This document shows positions 50,464 to 61,142 of a stretch of DNA of 64,000 nucleotides, piece by piece. The translations under genes were made by a program, and so were the position numbers. Each line of letters starts with the position of its first letter. Within the stretch, counting starts at the first letter, position 1. The DNA is from an uncultured delta proteobacterium (GTDB lineage: Bacteria; Desulfobacterota; Binatia; Binatales; Binataceae). Location: the NCBI GenBank assembly GCA_963724765.1, contig CAVRVY010000004.1, positions 480,001 to 544,000 on the forward strand, given 5' to 3'. The notes beneath the pieces are model-generated. The model searched no databases. It saw nothing but the letters and a program-made list of their open reading frames with translations, and was not told where the DNA came from.

Positions 50464-50916
50464 ATGATGCGCGAGTTCAGGTTCGAGGACGAGATGCATA
50501 CGACGCTCGCGTGCGTACCAATGGCGGTGCGGCGCAAGCTCGATCGGGTCGGGGTCAAAGTCGGGCTCGATCAATGGAACGCGCTCGGGCGCGGCGAGCG
50601 GCTGGCGATTTGCCATCTGCCGGTCGAGCGCCATGAAGAACGCGAGGCTATGAGGCTGTTCATCAACGAAGCGGTGCGGCGCGTCTGCGGCGAAGAGCCG
50701 CGCGCCCTCGGCGAGGCGCAGCGCGCCAGCGCCGACCCGCCGGCGAGGTTGCCCGCGCCGCTCGCCGAGCGCGCTCGCGCGGCGGGCGTGGTGCTCGACC
50801 AGGCGGCGTGGGAACGGCTCGACGCCGATGAGCGTTACGCGCTGGTCAAGCTCGGCGGCGGGGCCGACGTGAGCCACAATCTCGCCGCCGCGCTCGCCGA
50901 ATTCGTGCAGCGCTAG
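50464..50916 (+). CDS. Nitrate reductase-associated protein (NarM-like)
   Basis: FRFEDE...CVPMAVRRKLDRVGVK...W, and QAAWERL...RYALVKL...HNLAAALAEF pattern. Confidence 0.8.
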   Translation: MMREFRFEDEMHTTLACVPMAVRRKLDRVGVKVGLDQWNALGRGERLAICHLPVERHEEREAMRLFINEAVRRVCGEEPRALGEAQRASADPPARLPAPLAERARAAGVVLDQAAWERLDADERYALVKLGGGADVSHNLAAALAEFVQR

Positions 50917-50943
50917 ATTTTCACCGAAGGTGGCGCGTGTCGC

Positions 50944-51780
50944 TCACTTGCGTGCGAAATGATCGAGCACCGCGCGCCCCGAGCCGAGCCTGAAACTCGC
51001 GCGCAGCGCCGCCGTCACGTAGCGCTTGGCGCGGCGCACGGCGCCGGTGAGGTCAATCCCCAGTGCGAGATAGGCGGCGATCGCGGCCGACAGCGCGCAT
51101 CCGAGACCATGCGCATCGCCAGCGCGAATTCGCGCCGCGCGCAATTCGAGGAATTCGTGGCCGTCGTAAAGCAGGTCGATTGAGTGTGTCCGCGCTTCGG
51201 AGGACGAACCTGGATGACCGCCTTTGATTAGCACTGCGCGTGCGCCCGCTTTGCCGAGCGCGCGCGCCATCGCGCGAATCGCCGCCGGGCTCGCACCGTC
51301 AACGCCGCTCAGCGCCCGTGCCTCGGCGAGATTGGGCGTGACGATTCGGGCGATCGGGAGCAGGCGCTCGAGCAGCGCACGCTCGCCGGCGGGGTCGAGC
51401 AGCCGCGCGCCGGCGCTCGAAATCAGCACCGGGTCGAGTACCGGCGCGGGCAGATCGAGCCGCGCGATCGCGTCCGCCACCGCCTCGACGATTTTCGCAG
51501 TGCCGAGCGCGCCGGTCTTGATCGCGTCGGGGCAGCGCTCGGCGGCGAGGGTTTCGATCTGCGCCGCTACCATCGCGGCATCGACCGGCGCAACGCGATT
51601 GACGGTCGAGCTGTTCTGCGCGATCACCGCGGTGATTGCCGAGTAGCCGTAAACGCCGATCGCGGCGAAGGTCTTGAGGTCGGCCTGGATTCCGGCGCCA
51701 CCGCCAGGATCGCTGCCCGCGATCGTGAGCGCTACGCTTCTGTGCTGCCTGGGGCTGGACGTACGGGCGGTTTTTTTCAC
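50944..51780 (-). CDS. thiD: Hydroxymethylpyrimidine/phosphomethylpyrimidine kinase
   Basis: [40 protein letters not shown]. Confidence 0.95.
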   Translation of the reverse strand: MKKTARTSSPRQHRSVALTIAGSDPGGGAGIQADLKTFAAIGVYGYSAITAVIAQNSSTVNRVAPVDAAMVAAQIETLAAERCPDAIKTGALGTAKIVEAVADAIARLDLPAPVLDPVLISSAGARLLDPAGERALLERLLPIARIVTPNLAEARALSGVDGASPAAIRAMARALGKAGARAVLIKGGHPGSSSEARTHSIDLLYDGHEFLELRAARIRAGDAHGLGCALSAAIAAYLALGIDLTGAVRRAKRYVTAALRASFRLGSGRAVLDHFARK

Positions 51781-51813
51781 CGGCTCACTTCTTGAACGCG
51801 CTTGCGCCGCATT

Positions 51814-54800
51814 TCAGTCGCCCAAATCATCGAGCAGCTCTCTGGCGGTCTTCAAATCGGCGGTGTCGAACCCTTCGGTGAACCAGCCGTAGATCTCGCC
51901 GAGCATTGCGCGGGCCTCGTCACGCTTACCCTGCGCCTTCAACAGTCGTGCGAGACTTAGCGTCGCGCGCAACTCCCATGATCTCGCGCCTTGGCGGCGC
52001 GCGCTCGCGACGGCCTGACGAAAAGCGCTCTCAGCCGTCGAAACCTTTGAAGGAGCCTGCAGCAGAACCAACTCACCTTTGACTCGATAAAGCTCCGCCT
52101 CGAGAAATCGGAGTCCGGTTTTCTCCATCAGCTCCATTTCTTCGGCGATTGCGGCGCTTCCCTCCTCCAAGCGTCCGAGCTTCGCGTAAGCTTCCGCCAG
52201 CGACAGTTTCCAGGCGCCGGCCACGGCGCCGGTCATCTCAACCGAGGCCGCGCCGCGGCGCAGTTTGACGATTCCCTCTTCGACCTCTCCCTCGGCCACC
52301 AGCGCCTGCCCCCGCAGGAACACCGCCTGAGCGGACCACAATAAAAATCCGCGTTCGCTGGCAAGCGAAGCCAGCGCCTCGGTCGACTCATGTGCTGTCC
52401 GTTCGTCTCCAAGGTAACGATGGAGCTCGGCGGCCAGGTTCAGCGCAAAGGCCAGCGAATGGGGCCCCGATTTGCGAGCCTCGGAAAGCGCCTCGCGGCT
52501 TCGCGCCAGCGCCTGAGCCGGATAGCCGAGGATGAAGAGATCGCGCGACGAGTGCGCCAGGAGCATCGTCCGTGGTTCTCCGATTTCGAAAAACGCAAAA
52601 GTCGTCGGAACATAATCCAACGCGATTCCCTTCGAGGCGAGGTCGCGCGCGGCACCGAACTCGCCCAGGTCGGACAAGGTCTCGGCCATCGCCGAGTAAG
52701 CCGCCATCCGCATCGCGGAGTTTTGAGAGCGCTCCGCAAGCTCGATTTGCCGCTCGCCCAGCTCGCGCGCCGCGCGCAGCTCCAATCTCAGCATGTGGAA
52801 GAACTGGAGCGCGTAGGCCACCCAAAAGAGTTGCACCTGTTCGCCAAGCTTCTCGCACAGATTTCGCGCGCGGGTGAAAACCATCGCCACCTCTTCTGCG
52901 GCGGGGCCTTTCGTGGCAATCAGATAGGGGCCCAGGTCAGCCCGTAACGCCAGTTCCTGACGGTCGCGTTCCAGATTATCGGGCAGACTGCCGAGCAGCT
53001 CCAGCGCGGCTGTGAAGTGGCCTATCGCTTCGTCGTAGGCCATGCGCCCGGCGGCTTGTTGCCCGGCCAGGTGACGGTATTTCACGGCGCTGCGCGCGTT
53101 TCCGCTCTGGCCGTAGTGATGCGCCAGATCGCTCAAGTGATCGTCGAGCCGTTTGGGGTACAGCGCTTCGATCGCTGCCGCGGCGGATTCGTGAAGCTGC
53201 CTGCGGCGCTCGAGCAACAGCGTCTTGTAAGCCACTTCCAGCGTGAGCGCGTGCTTGAATATATACTCGGCTTCGGGAAGAGCCGGTTGCTCATAGATGA
53301 ACTCGGCAAGCTGAAGAGCGGACAGCATCCGGTCCAATTCGCTGTCGGATTTCCTGACCATCCGCGTGATTAGGCCGCGCGGAAACTCGCGGCCGATTAC
53401 CGCCAGCGTCTGCAGCAGTTCCTTCTCGTCGGCAGGCAGCCGGTCGATACGCGAGGCGACGATTCCCTGCACTGTCGCGGGCACCTTGATTTCCGCGAGC
53501 GCGCGGGTGAGTTTTAGCGCGCCATTGCGCGCCAGTGTGCCGTCGTCGAACAGCGCCTGCACCATCTCCTCGATGAAGAACGGATTGCCCTCGGTTCGCT
53601 CCGCGATCATCCGCCTGAGCGCCGCGAGCCCAGCCGAGTCACCGAGCAGCGCGGAGAGCAGTTGCTCGACGCTCTCGCCGGCCAGCGGATCGAGGCGCAA
53701 CTGCGTGTAGTAAGTGCGGTTGCCCCATTCGTGGCGATACTCGGGTCGGTAGTTGACTAGCAGCAGGACGCGCGCATTGGCGAGCGAGTCGGCGAGCAGG
53801 TTCAGCCAGGACTGGGTTTCGCCGTCAACCCAATGCAGGTCCTCGAACACGACGATCAGCGGCTGGTTGAGGCTTTCGCGCAACACGATCCGTTTGAGCG
53901 TCTCCTGCGTGCGGCGCCGCCGCGTCTGCACGTCCATCTGCGCAAACGGATCCTCGCCTTCGTGGATACCGAGCAGCACGAAGAGGTGCGGCAGTACGTC
54001 TTCGAGGCTCTGGTCGAGCGCGAGCAGTTTGCCGATCACTTTTTCGCGGCGCTTGCGGCCGTCGTCGGCGGAGTCGATTCCGAAGTAGCCGTGAAGCATT
54101 TCGATAACCGGCAGATAGGCCGAGGCCTTGCCGTGCGAGACCGAATACGCTTCCAGGATCAGGCAATCGCCCGCTGCCACCGCCTTGAACTCATAGGCCA
54201 GGCGCGATTTACCCACCCCCGCGTCGCCCATCGCGGCGACCACCTGCCCGTGACCCGCACGCACCAGTTCCAGCGCGCGGCGCATCTGCGCCAGTTCGTG
54301 CTCGCGGCCCACGAACCGCGTAAGCCCGCGCCGCGCGGCGGCCTCCAACCGCGTGCGCAACGGGCCGAGTCCCGTGACCTCGTAAACGTTGATCGGCTCG
54401 CTCGCTCCTTTGACCCGCGCCGGTCCCAGGAGCCGAAAAGCGAAATAGCCGGCACATAGCCGCTCGGTTGTTTCGGTGACCGCGATCGAGCCGATCGGCG
54501 CCAACACCTGCATCCGCGCGGCTATTCCCGTACTATGGCCGATCGGCGTGTACTCGGCGTGCTCACCGGTCTGGATCGAGCGCACGACGACTTCGCCGGT
54601 GTTCACTCCGACGCGCACCTGCAATGGCGCGCGGCCCTCGACGCGCAGGCGATCGGCGTAGCGGCGCATCTCCTGCTGCATCCGGAGCGCGGCATAGAGC
54701 GCGCGCTGCGGATGGTCTTCATGTGCGATCGGCGCGCCAAACAGCGCGAACACGCCATCGCCGGTCGATTGCACGACGTGGCCGCCGTAACAATGCGCCG

Positions 54801-55149
54801 CGTCCATCATCAGCCGCAGCGCCGGATCGACGATCGCGCGCGCTTCCTCGGGATCGAGCCCTTCCATCAGGTCCATCGAGCCTTTGATGTCGGCGAAAAG
54901 CGCGGTGACGGTCTTGCGCTCCCCCTCGGGCGGCGTATCGTTATCGGCCGGCGGCGCGGCTGTGCGCGAATCAGAAATGGGGCCGGCGGACGGGGCGGCG
55001 CCGAGCGGCGCCGCGCACTGTCCACAGAATTTGAATTGCGGGGGATTTTCGGCGCGGCACTTCGCGCAGATACTAACTATTGGCGCGGCGCAGTTGCCGC
55101 AGAATTTCATTCCCGCGGGATTGTCCAGGCCGCATCGCGAGCAGATCAT
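51814..55149 (-). CDS. Double zinc ribbon + class III nucleotide cyclase + AAA/STAND ATPase + TPR-like protein
   Basis: Four CxxC pairs, LFADIKGS and GDG, Walker A GDAGVGKS, Walker [19 protein letters not shown]-terminal [13 protein letters not shown]. Confidence 0.92.
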   Translation of the reverse strand: MICSRCGLDNPAGMKFCGNCAAPIVSICAKCRAENPPQFKFCGQCAAPLGAAPSAGPISDSRTAAPPADNDTPPEGERKTVTALFADIKGSMDLMEGLDPEEARAIVDPALRLMMDAAHCYGGHVVQSTGDGVFALFGAPIAHEDHPQRALYAALRMQQEMRRYADRLRVEGRAPLQVRVGVNTGEVVVRSIQTGEHAEYTPIGHSTGIAARMQVLAPIGSIAVTETTERLCAGYFAFRLLGPARVKGASEPINVYEVTGLGPLRTRLEAAARRGLTRFVGREHELAQMRRALELVRAGHGQVVAAMGDAGVGKSRLAYEFKAVAAGDCLILEAYSVSHGKASAYLPVIEMLHGYFGIDSADDGRKRREKVIGKLLALDQSLEDVLPHLFVLLGIHEGEDPFAQMDVQTRRRRTQETLKRIVLRESLNQPLIVVFEDLHWVDGETQSWLNLLADSLANARVLLLVNYRPEYRHEWGNRTYYTQLRLDPLAGESVEQLLSALLGDSAGLAALRRMIAERTEGNPFFIEEMVQALFDDGTLARNGALKLTRALAEIKVPATVQGIVASRIDRLPADEKELLQTLAVIGREFPRGLITRMVRKSDSELDRMLSALQLAEFIYEQPALPEAEYIFKHALTLEVAYKTLLLERRRQLHESAAAAIEALYPKRLDDHLSDLAHHYGQSGNARSAVKYRHLAGQQAAGRMAYDEAIGHFTAALELLGSLPDNLERDRQELALRADLGPYLIATKGPAAEEVAMVFTRARNLCEKLGEQVQLFWVAYALQFFHMLRLELRAARELGERQIELAERSQNSAMRMAAYSAMAETLSDLGEFGAARDLASKGIALDYVPTTFAFFEIGEPRTMLLAHSSRDLFILGYPAQALARSREALSEARKSGPHSLAFALNLAAELHRYLGDERTAHESTEALASLASERGFLLWSAQAVFLRGQALVAEGEVEEGIVKLRRGAASVEMTGAVAGAWKLSLAEAYAKLGRLEEGSAAIAEEMELMEKTGLRFLEAELYRVKGELVLLQAPSKVSTAESAFRQAVASARRQGARSWELRATLSLARLLKAQGKRDEARAMLGEIYGWFTEGFDTADLKTARELLDDLGD

Positions 55150-55324
55150 CGTCGGTCATCGTCGTGGAATTTCGAGCTGCCGCACAAATGCATAAAGTAT
55201 ATCACGCCGGCGCAATAGCAGGATAATGACGCTCGGCGCGCGGGTTACTGGCTCCGCTACAATGCGCATGGTACTGAAGTAAGGCGATGCATCCGAACCG
55301 CAGAGCGCAGCGCGCGTTTTTGTA

Positions 55325-57049
55325 ATGCCTTCGACACGACAGGAGGAGTTCCTCAGCCTTCCGTTCAAGGCCAAGCTCGAGTTTCTCTACGGGCTGCCCG
55401 CGCGCCAGAAACGCGACCTGATCCTGTCGGCGCCCGAAGCCGAGCGCCTGGTCCAATCCTTCTCGCCCGAGACGCTCTTCTACACGGTCAAGGAAATCGG
55501 CTCGGCCGACTCGGGCGATTTGCTGAGCCTGGCGGTGCCCGAACAAATCCAGGGGCTATTCGATCTCGATTGCTGGACCCGCGACCGTCCCAACCTGGAT
55601 CGGATGCGCGAGTGGATCGAGGCGCTGACCGAGGCCGGGCGCAAGCGCATGACCGAGGGGCTGATGGGGCTCGACATGGAGATGATGGCGCTGCTTTTGC
55701 GCCAGTATTTCCGGGTCCATCGGCTCGACGATCCGCTGACTGCGGCCGACGTGCCCTCCGACCGCTTCGTGCAATTCGACGAGCACTACATCATCGAGTT
55801 CCAGCATCACGACGCGATCCTGCAGCCGCTGGTCGATTTTCTCGAGGAGGTCTTCGAGCGCGACTACACCTACTTCACCGCCCTGATGGAGGAAATCTAC
55901 TGGAGCGTGGAAGCCGAGCTGGAGGAAGAGGCCTACCAGTTCCGCCGGGCGCGGCTGAACGACCGCGGCTTCCCCGATTTCTTCGAGGCGCAGGACGTCT
56001 TCGCCTATATCAATCCGCGCGACTTCCTGAAAATTCGCGCCGGCTACACCGCGCCGACGCGCGCCGACCTGCTGCGCGACGATGAACTGGTCCCGCACGG
56101 GATGGCGCCGGTGCCGGCCGACACCGATCTCTCGCTGTTCAACACCGCCCTGATGGCCGGGTTCGCCGCGCAAGGCCGGCGCCAGTTGCGCAGTGAGATG
56201 GCGCTGGTGAGTAACCAGGTGCTAGTCGCGAGCGCGGTCGACTTTGGCGACCTCGACGCGGTGCGGGTGGCGGTCGAGATGACCCATCATTATTTGAATC
56301 TGGGACTGGAGCACCTGGCCGGCGGCGACCTCAACAACGCGATCGAACATCTGCGCGACACGCATCTCAAGTTGCTGTTCCGGCTTGGCGTGAGCCTGAC
56401 GATCGATCTGCGCAAGCGCGCTGAGCAGGCAACCGCTGCGCTCGGCTTGGATCCCGCGCGCGCGCGCGAAATTGCCTACCTCGATTCGCCCTATCGCGAG
56501 GCGCTCAGCGGCTTCCTCGAGCGCCGCCCGCGTTTCTTCGGCGGCCTCGACGGGCAGGGCTCGGTGGCGATGCGCGATTTCGTCGCGATGCGCGATCTGC
56601 ACCTGGGCCATGCGGCGCTCGATCAGATTGAAGCGATGCGCGATCTGTTCCAGGCGCTGCTGGCGATCAATATCGCCGCGCCGGCCTTCCGCGCCGAGAC
56701 GGCCGGGCGCGAAATCAGGCTCGGCCAAATTCTGATCACGGCATTCGCACGCGCCGCGCTGGATCGCAAGCCCGATCAAAGGCTCACGCCCGCCCCGATC
56801 GAAGCGAGCCGCCTGGGCGAACTTTACATGGCGATAATGACCGGGGGCGGGCGGCCTGCGCGGCTGACCGAGGGCTTCCGCAGACTGGTCGACGCGGCGT
56901 TGGCGGCGCGGGTGGACGAACCGGCGCGCGCGCGTTCGGAGGGCTTCGTCGCTTCATGCCTCAGCGTGCTTGAAGAGGACCTCGCCGGACTCGACCCCCG
57001 GGCGATCGATCCACGCTTCCTGCGCAGTCTGCTGATTCGTCGCGGATGA
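55325..57049 (+). CDS. Conserved hypothetical protein (DUF6178-like)
   Basis: 574-aa frame with normal codon bias; KEIG..D...EQ....DLDCW and EEEAYQFRRARLNDRGF patterns. The family name is from recall. Confidence 0.7.
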   Translation: MPSTRQEEFLSLPFKAKLEFLYGLPARQKRDLILSAPEAERLVQSFSPETLFYTVKEIGSADSGDLLSLAVPEQIQGLFDLDCWTRDRPNLDRMREWIEALTEAGRKRMTEGLMGLDMEMMALLLRQYFRVHRLDDPLTAADVPSDRFVQFDEHYIIEFQHHDAILQPLVDFLEEVFERDYTYFTALMEEIYWSVEAELEEEAYQFRRARLNDRGFPDFFEAQDVFAYINPRDFLKIRAGYTAPTRADLLRDDELVPHGMAPVPADTDLSLFNTALMAGFAAQGRRQLRSEMALVSNQVLVASAVDFGDLDAVRVAVEMTHHYLNLGLEHLAGGDLNNAIEHLRDTHLKLLFRLGVSLTIDLRKRAEQATAALGLDPARAREIAYLDSPYREALSGFLERRPRFFGGLDGQGSVAMRDFVAMRDLHLGHAALDQIEAMRDLFQALLAINIAAPAFRAETAGREIRLGQILITAFARAALDRKPDQRLTPAPIEASRLGELYMAIMTGGGRPARLTEGFRRLVDAALAARVDEPARARSEGFVASCLSVLEEDLAGLDPRAIDPRFLRSLLIRRG

Positions 57050-57076
57050 TCGGGCTCGGCTGATCGGCCGAACGCT

Positions 57077-57931
57077 CTAGTGGCTGCCGCGCCCGGCGCT
57101 TTCGCGCTCGATCGTGATCGTGCGCGTCTGCTGTCCGCGCGTCACGCTGAAGCTTACGTAAGGATCGCGAAATCCCACCAGCGCGATCACGAATTCCGAG
57201 CTGCTATGCACGGGATGCTGGTCCACGGCGGTGACGATATCGCCGCGCCTCAGTCCGGCCCGCGCGGCAAGGCCTGAGACGTCCGCCACCAGCACCCCGC
57301 TTCGCGGCGCCACCGCGAAGTGTCTGGCCAGCGAGGGGCTCAAGTCCTGCACCACGATGTCCTGGGCGGTGACGGTGGCGGGCAGATTTTTAGTCGCGGG
57401 CGCATCGCGCTGGAACGCGGTGGCGGACTGAAAGAGACCGTTAGCCACGAAGATCGGCGCCCCCATCCCCATCGCCAGCGCGATCGCGTCGCTCGGCCGA
57501 CTGTCCAGGCGCAGGCCCGCGCGATCGAGATAGATATCGGCGTAGTAGATTTGATTGTGGACGCTGGTAATGACCACGCGGTCGACGTGATTGCCGGTCT
57601 GCTCGATCAGGTCGCGCAGCAGATCGTGAGTCAGCGGACGGTCGGGCCTGATTCCGTGCATCTCGAGCATGATCGTGCGCGCCTCTTCGTCGCCGATCAG
57701 AATCTGCAACGCGCGCCGGCGCGCGGCATCCTCGAGCAGCACGTAATGCGCGCCGCTGTCGTTGTCCAGACCGACATTGGCGACCTCGACCCGCACCTGG
57801 TCGGCCGACGGACCGTCATCGTCGTCGTGCCGCGCGCATCCGGAACCTAAGACCAGCATCGCGGCCAGCGCGGCGGCGGCAAAGAACGCTCTGTGGCGAT
57901 GCCACATGTGCCCTAGGTTAACGCGCTGCAT
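57077..57931 (-). CDS. Bifunctional nuclease (DUF151) domain fused to PDZ, with lipoprotein-like signal
   Basis: LQILIGDEEA, RPLTHDL, DSRPSDAIALA; C-terminal AARAGLRRGDIVTAVD; N-terminal hydrophobic stretch ending LGSGC. Start is 57931 or 57907. Confidence 0.85.
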   Translation of the reverse strand: MQRVNLGHMWHRHRAFFAAAALAAMLVLGSGCARHDDDDGPSADQVRVEVANVGLDNDSGAHYVLLEDAARRRALQILIGDEEARTIMLEMHGIRPDRPLTHDLLRDLIEQTGNHVDRVVITSVHNQIYYADIYLDRAGLRLDSRPSDAIALAMGMGAPIFVANGLFQSATAFQRDAPATKNLPATVTAQDIVVQDLSPSLARHFAVAPRSGVLVADVSGLAARAGLRRGDIVTAVDQHPVHSSSEFVIALVGFRDPYVSFSVTRGQQTRTITIERESAGRGSH

Positions 57932-57935
57932 GGCG

Positions 57936-58559
57936 CTATCCAAATGGGCCCGCTGTGCGGCTCGACGCCGCGCGAAACCCCCGCGCCACCAGGTACAATT
58001 CCGAGGAGCCGGGGCGGCTCGCGCGCGTGCGCGTGCGCTCGACCTGGGCGAAGTCGTGCGCGAAGGCCTCGACCGCCTCGCCGAAATCCCCTCCCATGAA
58101 TAGCTTCACCACCATCGCGCCGCCCGGGCGCAGCAGCGCGCGCGCGCATTCCAGCGCCGCGAGTGCAAGCTCGAGCATCCGCGCCTGATCGCGCTCGGCC
58201 ACGCCGCTTAGCTTAGGCGCTAGGTCGCTGGTCACCAGATCGGCGGGCGCGCCAAGCGCCGCCGCCACCGCGGCGACGCTCGCCGGATCAAGGATGTCGC
58301 CGACCATCGTAACCACGTTGGCGGCGGTGGCGGGGCATGCGGCCAGATCGACTCCGGCCACCCTGCCCTGCGGCCCCACCGCGGCGGCGAGCATACTGAG
58401 CCATCCGCCGGGCGCGCATCCCAGGTCCACCACGCGCGCGCCGGGACGCACGAGCCGAAAGCGCGCGAGCAGCTCTTCGATCTTGAACGCCGCGCGCGAA
58501 GGAAGTCCACGCTCGCGCGCCTTGCGATAGAATCTGTCATGCGGCTCGTATTTCGCCAT
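57936..58559 (-). CDS. rlmE: 23S rRNA Um2552 methyltransferase RlmE/FtsJ
   Basis: SRAAFKIEE, DLGCAPGGW, SDLAP, VVK, ASRPGSSELY. Confidence 0.95.
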   Translation of the reverse strand: MAKYEPHDRFYRKARERGLPSRAAFKIEELLARFRLVRPGARVVDLGCAPGGWLSMLAAAVGPQGRVAGVDLAACPATAANVVTMVGDILDPASVAAVAAALGAPADLVTSDLAPKLSGVAERDQARMLELALAALECARALLRPGGAMVVKLFMGGDFGEAVEAFAHDFAQVERTRTRASRPGSSELYLVARGFRAASSRTAGPFG

Positions 58560-58882
58560 CGATTGCAAGCTTAGCAGAGATTGCTGCGGGTCATTTCGAG
58601 CATGGCCGGCTGAGCGGAAAATTCGTTCCGCACCAATTCGACCGCAGGGGCTCCGAATCAGGCGCGGCGCGCGCGAATGTTGTAAGGTAATCCACAGCTT
58701 CCAACGCCTCGCGATGCGCGCGGGGTTTGAAGCGCCGCGCGAAGCAGCTATTTTCATCCGGGCGCGAGCGTATGGTTTTGCCGCCGCGACTCCGTTCCTT
58801 CAACGATGCCGCCGAAGATGCCGCCAAAGATGCCGCTCAGATCAAGCATGCCGTCAAAAATTCCGCCAACCGTTTCGAACCG

Positions 58883-61066
58883 ATGCTGAATCTCGACGAT
58901 CTCAATCCCGCCCAGCGCGACGCCGTGCTCGCGCCCGAAGGGCCAATCCTCATCCTGGCCGGCGCCGGCTCGGGCAAAACCCGCGTGCTGACCTACCGTA
59001 TCGCCCACCTGCTCGCCGAACGCAAGGCGGCGCCCGAGCGGATGCTGGCCGTGACTTTCACCAACAAGGCGGCGGGCGAGATGCGCGATCGAATCGCAGC
59101 GCTGGTGGGCGAGGATTCGCGCTGGCCGTGGGTCAGCACGTTTCATTCGGCCTGCGCGCGCATCCTGCGCCAGGAGGCCGAGGCGCTCGGCTTTCGGCCG
59201 AACTTTTCGATCCTCGATGAAGGCGACGCGATGACGGTGATGCGCCGCGTGATCGAAGAGGCGGCGCTGGCGGGTGCGCCGGCGCCCGAGATGGCGCGGG
59301 CGCGAATCGAGCAGCTCAAAAACGACGCCGTCGGCCCCGCCGCTTTCGCCGAAAGCGCCGGCGGCGACAGCCGTGACGCAGCGCTGGCCACGATTTACCG
59401 GCTCTACCGCGAACGGCTGCGCGCGATGAACGCGATGGACTTCAGCGACCTGCTGCTCAACGTGCACGAAATCTTCGAGCGCGACCCGGGCGTGCTGTTG
59501 CGATGGCAGTCGCGCGCGGAGCATCTGCTGGTCGACGAATACCAGGACACTAACCGCGTGCAGTACCTGCTGGTGCGCGCACTTTCGGCGCGCAGCTCTA
59601 ACTTGTGCGTGGTCGGCGATGAGGACCAGTCGATCTACCGATGGCGCGGCGCCGACATCCGCAACATCCTGGACTTCGAGCGCGACTTTCCCCAGGCGCG
59701 CATTTTCAAGCTCGAGCAGAACTACCGCTCCACCAAGACCATCCTGGCCGCCGCCGACACCGTTATCCGCAACAACCGCGAGCGCAAGGAAAAGCGCCTG
59801 TGGACGGAAAACGCGTCGGGCGAGCTGGTCACCTATTTCACCGGCGTGACCGAGCGCGACGAGGCCGACTTCATCGCGCGCGAGATCGGGCGGCTAACCG
59901 CCGAGGGCGGCGCCGACCCGTCCGACATCGTGGTCTTCTATCGGGTCAACGCACAGGCGCGCGTGATCGAGGAGGCGCTGGTGCGCCGGCGCATCCCGTA
60001 CTACGTGGTCGGCGGACTGCGCTTCTATGAGCATCGCGAGGTCAAGGACCTGCTCGCCTATCTGCGTGTGCTGGCCAACCCGGCCGACGCGGTCAGCGTC
60101 GAGCGGATGGTGGGAGCGCCGACGCGCGGCATAGGCGCCAAAACCCTGGAGGCGGCGTCGCAAATCGCCGCTGAGGAAGGCGTGACGGCCTTCGAGGCGC
60201 TGGGCCGCCTGGAGACAAACTCGCGCGTCGCGCTGCGCTCGGCCAAGCAGGCGGGCGAGCTTTACGGCTGGATGCATGACCTGGCCGATCGCGCGTCGGC
60301 GATGAAGGTGCGCGCGATCCTGGACGAAGTGATCGCGCGCGCGGGCTTCCTCAATTATCTCGACGCCATGGCCGACGGCGCGATGCGCCGTCAGAACGTG
60401 GCCGAGATGCTCTCGGCGGCCGACGCCTTCGACGCCGAGGCCCAAAACGGTGGCCTCGCCGATTTCCTCGAGCGCGTGGCCCTGGTCAGCGACGCCGATC
60501 AGGTCGCCGGCCGCGGCGGACGTGCCGCGCTGATGACGCTGCATACCTCCAAGGGCCTGGAGTATCCGGTGGTGTTCATCGCGGGAATGGAGGAAGAATT
60601 GTTTCCGCATTTTCGCTCGCACGACGACGGGCGCGAGGTCGAGGAGGAGCGCCGGCTGTGTTACGTCGGGATGACGCGGGCGCGGCGGCTCTTGTACCTG
60701 ACCAATACGCTGACGCGCGAACTCTACGGCCAGCGCAACGAGTCGCGGCCCTCGCGTTTCCTGGGCGAGATCGATCCCGCTCTGATCACGCGCATCGCGC
60801 CCGAGAAGCCGGGCTCGGTGCTCCGGCCTCCTGCTCGCGGCGCCTACGTCGACTACAGCACGAGCCAGGTCTCCGAAGACGGCGACGGAGGCGACGGCGA
60901 CAATCTCGCGGTCGGCGCGCACGTCGTGCATCAGACCTTTGGCCGCGGCGTGGTGCGCCGGCGCGAGGGGCGCGGCGAGGGCGCCAAGGCGTGGGTGCAT
61001 TTCGAGCGCAGCGGGGTGAAGCTGCTGGTGTTGAAATTCGCCAATTTGAGGCCGGTTGCCGACTGA
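58883..61066 (+). CDS. uvrD: UvrD/PcrA ATP-dependent DNA helicase
   Basis: LAGAGSGKT, TFTNKAA, DEYQD, GDEDQSIY, QNYRS, HTSKGLE, YVGMTRA, C-terminal Tudor-like HQTFGRG. Alternative start at 58772. Confidence 0.95.
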   Translation: MLNLDDLNPAQRDAVLAPEGPILILAGAGSGKTRVLTYRIAHLLAERKAAPERMLAVTFTNKAAGEMRDRIAALVGEDSRWPWVSTFHSACARILRQEAEALGFRPNFSILDEGDAMTVMRRVIEEAALAGAPAPEMARARIEQLKNDAVGPAAFAESAGGDSRDAALATIYRLYRERLRAMNAMDFSDLLLNVHEIFERDPGVLLRWQSRAEHLLVDEYQDTNRVQYLLVRALSARSSNLCVVGDEDQSIYRWRGADIRNILDFERDFPQARIFKLEQNYRSTKTILAAADTVIRNNRERKEKRLWTENASGELVTYFTGVTERDEADFIAREIGRLTAEGGADPSDIVVFYRVNAQARVIEEALVRRRIPYYVVGGLRFYEHREVKDLLAYLRVLANPADAVSVERMVGAPTRGIGAKTLEAASQIAAEEGVTAFEALGRLETNSRVALRSAKQAGELYGWMHDLADRASAMKVRAILDEVIARAGFLNYLDAMADGAMRRQNVAEMLSAADAFDAEAQNGGLADFLERVALVSDADQVAGRGGRAALMTLHTSKGLEYPVVFIAGMEEELFPHFRSHDDGREVEEERRLCYVGMTRARRLLYLTNTLTRELYGQRNESRPSRFLGEIDPALITRIAPEKPGSVLRPPARGAYVDYSTSQVSEDGDGGDGDNLAVGAHVVHQTFGRGVVRRREGRGEGAKAWVHFERSGVKLLVLKFANLRPVAD

Positions 61067-61142
61067 TTGGCGTTGCCCTATCATTTTCGAGGTGTCGTGG
61101 GATGAGGCGGATGGCGTGCGTCACAGACGCCGGGGCGTAACA

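Noticed and set aside
58688-58696. DnaA-box-like TAATCCACA between rlmE and uvrD
   Set aside because: A single mismatched box with no cluster or AT-rich unwinding element.
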